Of a stretch of 64,000 nt of DNA, positions 57,002-64,000 are shown piece after piece (positions within the stretch are counted from its first letter, which is position 1; every line of letters starts with the position of its first letter). The DNA is from Planctomycetota bacterium (GTDB taxonomy: Bacteria > Planctomycetota > UBA8108 > SXIK01). The stretch covers positions 4,928,001-4,992,000 of the forward strand of contig OZ244999.1 in assembly GCA_965223265.1 (NCBI GenBank), in the 5' to 3' direction. The translations under genes and the position numbers were made by a program. The notes under the pieces were generated by a model that was given only the letters and a program-made list of their open reading frames with translations, was not told where the DNA came from and ran no database searches.

Positions 57002-58470
57002 CTGACGCAAACGATGCGCTGCTGAGTGGACTCAAACTCGCACTCGATCAAGATCCACGCAACGTAGCTCTTTGGATTCATTACGCCGATCTTTTGGCGA
57101 CCGCCGAACGCCGCGCGGAAGCCATCAACGCTCTGCGGACCGTGCTCGAACTCAAAGCCGACGAATCCACGATTTTGGAGAAGCTCGTGCCGCTTCTCAG
57201 GCAGGAAGAACAACTCGCCGAAGCGCTGATTCGAGCCGAGCGTCTCCTCGAGCTCAATGCCTCCGCCGTGACGTTCGCCGAGCTGGCGCGGATCCACCTG
57301 GCGCGCGGCCAAAGAGAAGAGGCAGTGCAATGCTACGCGCGAGCAAGAGAATTCCAAGGCTTTAGCGACGACGAGTTGGAGGCTGCTCTGCAAAGAGATG
57401 CGACAGCCGATGAGACGAAAAATGCCACGAACCGGAACAGTGCGAACGCCGAAGCCCGAAAGAGTGCCAGCGATGGCAGTAGCGACGTAGCGAGCTCACC
57501 GCCGAACGCCGCAGACGGCGATTCTGAAGACGAATTCGCCGCCGCCGAGATCGCACCCGACGGCCTCGACCCCGACGACTGGGCGTCTCAGTTCGACTGG
57601 GGAGATCTGCGTGTCACATTCGATGACGTCGCCGGGCTCGACGACGTAAAGCGCCAGATTCATCTGCGCATCATCGCACCATTCAAGAACAAAGAAATCT
57701 ACCGCGCCTTCGGTCGCCAGGGCGGCGGCGGGATCCTCCTCTACGGTCCACCCGGTTGCGGCAAGACGTTCATCGCGCGAGCAACTGCTGGCGAGTGCGG
57801 CGCCCGGTTCGTGTCCGTCGGCATCCACGACATCGTCGACAAGTATTGGGGGGAGAGCGAGAAGCTCATCCACACGCTCTTCGACCAGGCGCGCTCTCGT
57901 CCCCCCACGGTCCTCTTCTTCGACGAATTCGACGCGCTCGGATCCACGCGAGGCCGCACAGAGTCGCAATTTTGGAAGACGCTTGTTGATCAGCTCCTGC
58001 AAGAGATGGACGGTATCGGTGGCCGCAACGAGGGCGTCTTGGTGTTCGCCGCCACGAACGTCCCGTGGCACGTCGACTCAGCGTTCCGCCGACCCGGACG
58101 CTTCGATCGTGTCCTCTTTGTACCGCCGCCAGACTCCACGGCGCGCCACAAGATCCTCGAACATGGCTGCAAGAGCTTGCCGGGTGGCGACGGAATCGAC
58201 GTGAGCAAGCTCGCAAAGCGAACGTCGCTCATGACCGGGGCAGATTTGAAAGCTCTCTGTGAACGCGCTTCGGAAAACGCACTCGAACGATCGCTGGAGA
58301 CCGGAGAAGTCCATCCGGTCGCGATGAAGGACTTCGAGCGCGAGCTCAAACGGATTCAAAGCTCAGCGACGGACTGGCTGTCGACCGCAAAAAACTACGC
58401 GAAGTACTCGAACGAGTCGGGTCAATACGACGAAGTTGCGGATTTTCTGCGGCGGCTCAAGCGCTGGTAG
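56998..58470 (+). CDS. Classical-clade AAA ATPase with N-terminal TPR domain
   Basis: TFDDVAG, Walker A GPPGCGKT, pore loop KYWGE, Walker B FFDEFD, SRH AATNVPWHVDSAFRRPGRFD, TGADL. Confidence 0.92.
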   Translation: MTDANDALLSGLKLALDQDPRNVALWIHYADLLATAERRAEAINALRTVLELKADESTILEKLVPLLRQEEQLAEALIRAERLLELNASAVTFAELARIHLARGQREEAVQCYARAREFQGFSDDELEAALQRDATADETKNATNRNSANAEARKSASDGSSDVASSPPNAADGDSEDEFAAAEIAPDGLDPDDWASQFDWGDLRVTFDDVAGLDDVKRQIHLRIIAPFKNKEIYRAFGRQGGGGILLYGPPGCGKTFIARATAGECGARFVSVGIHDIVDKYWGESEKLIHTLFDQARSRPPTVLFFDEFDALGSTRGRTESQFWKTLVDQLLQEMDGIGGRNEGVLVFAATNVPWHVDSAFRRPGRFDRVLFVPPPDSTARHKILEHGCKSLPGGDGIDVSKLAKRTSLMTGADLKALCERASENALERSLETGEVHPVAMKDFERELKRIQSSATDWLSTAKNYAKYSNESGQYDEVADFLRRLKRW

Positions 58471-58666
58471 CCGCGGAACTGACCGCGTCGGTGGCTCTCG
58501 CCGTCACCTGCGGCTATGATTTTCGTCTCAGCGCCGCGAGCGATGCGCACGTTCACGCGGCGCACTTGGATCTGCTTGCCCGACGTCCTCCTTGGTTGTG
58601 ATGGCGACATCGGTCAGAGCAGCTTCCGAGGCGTGCAAGTCACAAACCGGCGCCATCATCTTTGTC

Positions 58667-59860
58667 ATGAAGATCGACCACATTGAATCCATCAACCTGC
58701 GGCACGAGTATCCTGCGTCGCAGCGTTTTCACTACGCTGGCGGCACGTGCACAGGACGGCTGACCTCCTTGGTTCGTGTTCACACCGACTGCGGCCGCTG
58801 CGGCATTGGTGCCGGGTATACCCATCCGGTGCTGTTCGACGTGATCGTGAAAGATCAACTCGAACCCCTCCTCGTCGGCGCCGATCCGCGCGAAGTCGAA
58901 GCGCTTTGGGATGTCATGTATCGTGTCACGCGTTGGTACGGCCGCAAGGGCGCGGCGATGACAGCGTTGGGTGCACTTGACACCGCATTTTGGGATCTGC
59001 GCGCGCAGGCGTTCGACAAGCCGCTGTGGTCTCTACTCGGCGGCGAAAGCGCGACGTGCCCAGCGTATGCCAGCGCGCTCTTGTGGAAGGATGTTGACGC
59101 CCTCGCCGCTGAGGCTGCCGTGCTCGTCGAGCGCGGATTCCGCCGTGTCAAGATGCGGCTCGCACGCAGCGAGGAGTACGACATTGCTGCAGTTCGAGCT
59201 GTGCGCAAAGCCGTAGGACCGGACGTGGACGTCATGGTCGACGCATCGATGCGCTACAACGTCGAGCTCGCCAGACGAATCGCCGTCGTCCTTGAGGAGG
59301 AGGGCGTCTTTTGGTTCGAGGAGCCGTTCGCGCCGGAAGACTTGGATTCCTACACCGCTCTGCGCGGCAGCATCCGCGTGCCGCTGGCAGCTGGCGAGAA
59401 CGAATTCGGAGCCCAGGGCTTCCGCGAACTTGTCCGCACTGGCGCCGTCGACGTCGTCCAGCCCGATGCCAGTCGAGCCGGCGGCATCAGCGAAGTCTTG
59501 CGCGTCGGTGAATTCGCTCGCGCCGCGAATCTCCGGCTTGCCACGCACAGCTGGAGCGATGCGATTGCAATCATTGCCAACGCACACGCCGTGTCGTCAC
59601 TGGCATGCGGCGTCACCGTCGAAGTCGATCAGACAGGCAACCCGTTCGTTGACTCTCTGCTGGAGACGCCACTGCAAATTGAGAACGGGATGCTCCAGCT
59701 CGGAGACGCGCCCGGGCTCGGCGTGAAGCTCGACGAACGCGCCATCGCCCATCAGCGCCTCTCCGATCCACGCCGCGTCCCAGATGGCAACTACTCGGAC
59801 ATGTTGTTCGGTGCTAAACATTTGACTCGGGAAGACCCGTACAAAGAGTTGAATCTGTAG
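58667..59860 (+). CDS. Mandelate racemase/muconate lactonizing enzyme (enolase superfamily)
   Basis: DTAFWDL.A.....PLWSLLGG, VKMR, MVDAS, WFEEP, AGENE, QPDASRAGG. Confidence 0.9.
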   Translation: MKIDHIESINLRHEYPASQRFHYAGGTCTGRLTSLVRVHTDCGRCGIGAGYTHPVLFDVIVKDQLEPLLVGADPREVEALWDVMYRVTRWYGRKGAAMTALGALDTAFWDLRAQAFDKPLWSLLGGESATCPAYASALLWKDVDALAAEAAVLVERGFRRVKMRLARSEEYDIAAVRAVRKAVGPDVDVMVDASMRYNVELARRIAVVLEEEGVFWFEEPFAPEDLDSYTALRGSIRVPLAAGENEFGAQGFRELVRTGAVDVVQPDASRAGGISEVLRVGEFARAANLRLATHSWSDAIAIIANAHAVSSLACGVTVEVDQTGNPFVDSLLETPLQIENGMLQLGDAPGLGVKLDERAIAHQRLSDPRRVPDGNYSDMLFGAKHLTREDPYKELNL

Positions 59861-59986
59861 GGCACTCCCAAGCCACCGCGGCCGCCGCTTGTCACTCGAT
59901 GCAAACAGCGGTCTAATGGAGAATCCGAGACCCGCGCGAGCCCACACGCCGCACGAACTCGCTGCCCCGCGCGTAAGGACTTCTTG

Positions 59987-61906
59987 ATGCGATCAACCCG
60001 GCAACTTTCGGTAGGAATCTTTCTCGCCACTCTCGTCCTGGGATTCTGTACCGCCTCGATCGATCGCATGGCCGCCCAAGAACCGCTTTTACCGGACATC
60101 ACGGTTCAGCGCGGATTCCTCTTCGATTACGAATTCGAGACCAAATTCGGTGGCCAAACCTGGTTGAGCTTCGCCAGCGGCACCTCGAATCTCGGTGACG
60201 GCAAACTCTACCTCTACGGTGTCTTCCCTGCCAATGAGGATGGCTCCCAGACGGCGATGCAGCGCGTTTTCTTCGACGACGGATCGTTCGAAGATCGTGA
60301 AGTCGGGCACTTCGAGTTTCATCAAGACCACGGCCACGTCCATGTCGAAGGTTGGACACAATACCAGCTGCGCGAGTTGTTGCCGAATGACGGAGTCGGA
60401 GAGATCGTCCGGACGGCCGAGAAGACCAGCTTTTGCATCCTTGACCTGTTCGTTGAGGACGCGACGCTACCCAACTTTCAGCGCGAGCCAGAATTCAATT
60501 CTTGTGCTGGCGCGGTTCAGGGACTCTCGGTTGGTTGGGGTGATGTGTACGGCAGATCATTGCAGCAGTTCGACGTTACGGGCTTGCCCACGGGAATCTA
60601 TTGGCTTGAATCGATCGCCGATCCGGACGACCAAATCTTGGAGCTCAACGAAGACAACAACGTTGAGCGCATCAAGATCACCATCGGCAGCCCGGAACGC
60701 GTCCCTGATTTCTATGAACCCAACGAGAGCATCGACGAATTGGAAGACCGTTTGCCCGGCGCGCCGAGAAGTCCCAATCTTGGCCCAGTCGGTCCGCGAA
60801 CGGTCGTAGAGGACCTCAACATCGCCCTGGACGACGAAGACTTTTTTCGGTTCTACATCAATAGCACCGGCAAGGTTGACGACTTTGTCGAGATCGCATT
60901 CGATCATGCGCAGGGCAACTTGGAGCTTCAGCTCCTGACACTGGCTGGAGACGAACTCGCCTCGGCGGCAGATGACGGAGACATTGAGACCATTTCGCTC
61001 GAAGGGATTTCAGAAGGCTGGTATGTTGTCCGGGTCTTCAGCATCGACGGGCCAAACCCAAGTTACAGCCTCACGATCGACCCACCCGAGAACAGATCAC
61101 CATCGGTCGCGGTGCTGAGTCCAGTGCTGAACGAGCTCAAACTGCATGGAGCTGATTCCTATCGCGTTCGTTGGGCGGTTTCAGATCCCGACTCGAGCAA
61201 ACTGTGGGCGTCGGTGTTTCTAAATCAGCGACCTGTGCTTGACGAGAACGTGCTCAGCGTCTCAACGATGCGCAACGTCGACGCCGAAATTGCTGTGGGA
61301 ATCATCAACTCGCCCGAGTTTCCCCCCGGGAAGTATTTCATCTACTGTGAGGTCACAGACGGCGGTTCAGTGACGGGTGCTTGGTCGCGGGGCACCGTCA
61401 ATTTTCTCGACCTCGGCCCGTCATGCCAGGCAGAGACGATCGGCGACCCGAGCGACTGCAACGTCAACCTGATCGTTGACACCTGCGAAATCGCAGCACA
61501 GGTTCAGAGCGACTGCAACCTCAACGACATTCCCGACTCCTGTGAGATGCTGCAGGACCCAGCGCTAGATGAAGACGCCACAGGCGTACTCGACGCGTGT
61601 GAAACTGCGCTCTTTCACCGCGGCGACCCCAACGGCGACGGCGCACTCGACATCTCGGACTCGCTGTTTCTGCTGGGCTTCCTCTTCGTCGGCCGGGAAG
61701 GCCCGACGTGCCGCGACTCCGCGGACGCGGACGACGACGGTGAGCTGAGCATCACCGACGCCATCTTCATGCTCCTCTACCTGTTCATCGACGGCGAACC
61801 ACCGCCCGCCCCGGGGCCACCCGGTCACCCCTGCGGCGTCGACTCTGCGGCGCCGGAGCTGCCCGTGACGATGGGGTGTGTCGCGTACTCCGAGTGCGAC
61901 GTCTGA
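59987..61906 (+). CDS. Secreted lysyl-oxidase-like protein with PPC domain, DCNxN repeats and C-terminal dockerin-like domain
   Basis: LLPD, FEFHQDHGHVH (Cu), EKTSFC, QGLSVGWGDVY, DVTGLPTGIYWL...DP...ILELNEDNN; YEPN...D.DFF (PPC); RGDPNGDGALDISD. Confidence 0.85.
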   Translation: MRSTRQLSVGIFLATLVLGFCTASIDRMAAQEPLLPDITVQRGFLFDYEFETKFGGQTWLSFASGTSNLGDGKLYLYGVFPANEDGSQTAMQRVFFDDGSFEDREVGHFEFHQDHGHVHVEGWTQYQLRELLPNDGVGEIVRTAEKTSFCILDLFVEDATLPNFQREPEFNSCAGAVQGLSVGWGDVYGRSLQQFDVTGLPTGIYWLESIADPDDQILELNEDNNVERIKITIGSPERVPDFYEPNESIDELEDRLPGAPRSPNLGPVGPRTVVEDLNIALDDEDFFRFYINSTGKVDDFVEIAFDHAQGNLELQLLTLAGDELASAADDGDIETISLEGISEGWYVVRVFSIDGPNPSYSLTIDPPENRSPSVAVLSPVLNELKLHGADSYRVRWAVSDPDSSKLWASVFLNQRPVLDENVLSVSTMRNVDAEIAVGIINSPEFPPGKYFIYCEVTDGGSVTGAWSRGTVNFLDLGPSCQAETIGDPSDCNVNLIVDTCEIAAQVQSDCNLNDIPDSCEMLQDPALDEDATGVLDACETALFHRGDPNGDGALDISDSLFLLGFLFVGREGPTCRDSADADDDGELSITDAIFMLLYLFIDGEPPPAPGPPGHPCGVDSAAPELPVTMGCVAYSECDV

Positions 61907-62272
61907 GTTTCATTCTCTTCGTCTCAGACCCACGCCAGAACGCAACACGTCGACGCTGACAAGGGGCACGCTCCACGACGAGTCAGCGTCACATTTTCGT
62001 CATTCCTTGACCTCAGCCCGCTTCGCATGCCCAGCAACAACGCGGGTGCGTCGAATCAAGCTAGAGAAACGGCGAACGCTATTCCTACGTCGTGTACGGC
62101 TTTGAAGATCGACTCGATGCGAAAACGCTAGAGTTCGTCCAAACGCATTCGCGAATTGCGTTTTGGGCGCCGCTCGACGCGCCTATCATCCGCATGGGTA
62201 TTGCGTGACGAGCGGGGAAGGAGTCAAGCCACCTCGCTTCATTTGTTCAGGCGCTGAGGAAAGAGGAATCTC

Positions 62273-63931
62273 ATGTCGACTGGAACGTTTCGCTCGAGCT
62301 TGTGTCGTCAGTTCACCGTCTCGACGCCCCGCGCCAGCGGGGGTTGGATCGTGCCATCGGTCGTCTCGATTCTCGCGGTCGTTGCGTCTCAACCCTGTGC
62401 CGGTGAGACGTGTGCGGGATTGTTCTCGCAGCCATCCAGCTACGTCATCGACGGCATAGCGGGAGGAAACGTCAACCCGCACGGCATGGCATCTGGAAAT
62501 ATCCTGGGGCGAGCCCTTCAGGATGTGGGCTTCAGAGATATCGTGATTGCGTCTACGAACGACAGCATCTTTGTACTCTTCAATCGCGGCGACGGGACCT
62601 TTGATGGCGGCAAGCAGTTTCTTTATACGATGCTATGCGATGAACCAAGGGCGGTAGCCACCTACGATTTCGACGGCGACGGAGACGACGATGTGATCGT
62701 CGGCTGCTCCGACGAGGATAGCGGCGATCCATCGATCATGCTTCTCGAGAGCCTGGGTGACGCGAGAGACTTCGCGGCTCCGCGGTTCCATCCAAGCGGT
62801 TTGAATTCTGCAGGCGCCGTGCGGAGCATCGTCGTGGCCAACCTTGATGGGAACAACTCGATCGATATTGCCGCCGGCACGGAGACGGGTAGTGTCATTC
62901 AATGGTTTGGATCAGGAGGTTTCTCGGTTGGCGCCGCGCTCAGTATCGACACGCTGACCTCAGGTACCAGCTTCATCGCTGCCGGCCAGCTTCGAAGTGC
63001 CAACAACGACAACGAGATGTACATCGTCGACTCGGGAGGGGCGTTTTTCCGTTCAGGTCCGCCAGCGGCGCAGCCGCAATGCGTCGTCGCTGGTGACGGC
63101 GCCCCCCCTTGCGCAACAGCATTCGGTGCTGGAGCTGGAATCGCTGTCACAGACCTCAACGGGGATGGTGATCCAGAGATCATTCATTCCGACGCCAGCT
63201 CGATCACCGTCATGGATGGCGCTACAGGTTTTCCCTCGCCGACATTTCCTAACGGTGGAATCCATCAAGAATTTTCGATGGCACCGTTCATCTCTAGTTT
63301 CGGAAGATTCAAAGATTTCGTCGTCACCGCCGACTTCGACAGGGACGGCAGTCCCGACGTCGCGTTGCCCTACCGAACGATTCAGCCGAACGATTCAGGC
63401 GGAGTTGTCGTTCTCTTCAACAACGGTAGCGGAATCGTGGATCCCGCAGCGTCGGGGCGCCGAGTGTTTCTGTTCCCTGTGCTCGACGAGCCTCGCTCCA
63501 TCCTCGCGGCGGACTTAAACAACGACGGCGAGCCGGACGTGGTCGTCGATACTGAGAAAACCGTCGGTAACGATTCCCTCGCATACGTCTGGCTCAACAT
63601 CCCCTTCTCCGACGGGAACGGCAACTCCATTCATGACGACTGTGAGTTCTTTCGTGGCGATGTCAACGGCGACCTCGCGGTGGACATCTCCGACCCGAAC
63701 GACTTGCTGGATCGACTCTTCGGCCCCGAGCCCATCGAGTGCGATGAAGCTGCCGACACAAACAACGACACGGTTGTCGACATCTCCGACCCGATCCATC
63801 TGCTCAATCACCTGTTTGGTTCGGCGTCGCTAGACCAACCACGCATCGTGCTGCAAGGATTCTGCGTTTGGCAGCTTCAGTGGGATGACAACGTCCTGTT
63901 GCCCGGGTGTAACTACATACCTTGTCCGTAG
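62273..63931 (+). CDS. Secreted FG-GAP/VCBS repeat protein with C-terminal dockerin-like domain
   Basis: GAGGA RBS; DFDGDGDDDV, NLDGNNSIDI, DLNGDGDPEI, DFDRDGSPDV, DLNNDGEPDV; RGDVNGDLAVDISD...DTNNDTVVDISD. Confidence 0.85.
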   Translation: MSTGTFRSSLCRQFTVSTPRASGGWIVPSVVSILAVVASQPCAGETCAGLFSQPSSYVIDGIAGGNVNPHGMASGNILGRALQDVGFRDIVIASTNDSIFVLFNRGDGTFDGGKQFLYTMLCDEPRAVATYDFDGDGDDDVIVGCSDEDSGDPSIMLLESLGDARDFAAPRFHPSGLNSAGAVRSIVVANLDGNNSIDIAAGTETGSVIQWFGSGGFSVGAALSIDTLTSGTSFIAAGQLRSANNDNEMYIVDSGGAFFRSGPPAAQPQCVVAGDGAPPCATAFGAGAGIAVTDLNGDGDPEIIHSDASSITVMDGATGFPSPTFPNGGIHQEFSMAPFISSFGRFKDFVVTADFDRDGSPDVALPYRTIQPNDSGGVVVLFNNGSGIVDPAASGRRVFLFPVLDEPRSILAADLNNDGEPDVVVDTEKTVGNDSLAYVWLNIPFSDGNGNSIHDDCEFFRGDVNGDLAVDISDPNDLLDRLFGPEPIECDEAADTNNDTVVDISDPIHLLNHLFGSASLDQPRIVLQGFCVWQLQWDDNVLLPGCNYIPCP

Positions 63932-64000
63932 CCGATAGCAGCCGTGGCTCGCGATTCGTCCCTGGTGAGAAGCAGCCCCTCCCTGTGGCGTGGTCGCGAG

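Overview
GC-rich bacterial chromosome segment, most likely from a member of Planctomycetota. This is inferred from the gene families present: a PQQ-propeller protein, a PVC-type heme c domain, a Tat-exported Gfo/Idh/MocA enzyme, an AFTLIE pilin-like protein and DCNxN repeats. The window holds about 42 CDS, one initiator tRNA-fMet, and no transposase, integrase or CRISPR. Four things stand out. (1) A ~21 kb dispersed type II PKS/FAS-like lipid locus (25.9-47.2 kb), interrupted by glgB. It encodes a KS-CLF fusion, a second KS lacking its decarboxylation His/Lys plus a CLF-like partner, an ACP, a stand-alone PKS-type C-methyltransferase, FabG, a GT4, an LpxL-type acyltransferase, and an MMPL + LolA-like + lipoprotein + hydrolase export block. 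(2) Five unrelated secreted proteins all end in the same four-cysteine dockerin-like domain: a possible TcA-like pore former, a CotH kinase, a PVL-like 7-blade lectin, a lysyl oxidase and an FG-GAP protein. (3) A 150-179 bp MITE occurs in three copies, each with its own 4-bp target duplication, all in the same sense just upstream of a gene. (4) A membrane protein-TPR-AAA ATPase operon is coupled by ATGA overlaps. All functional calls come from reading motifs by eye; no database searches were run.
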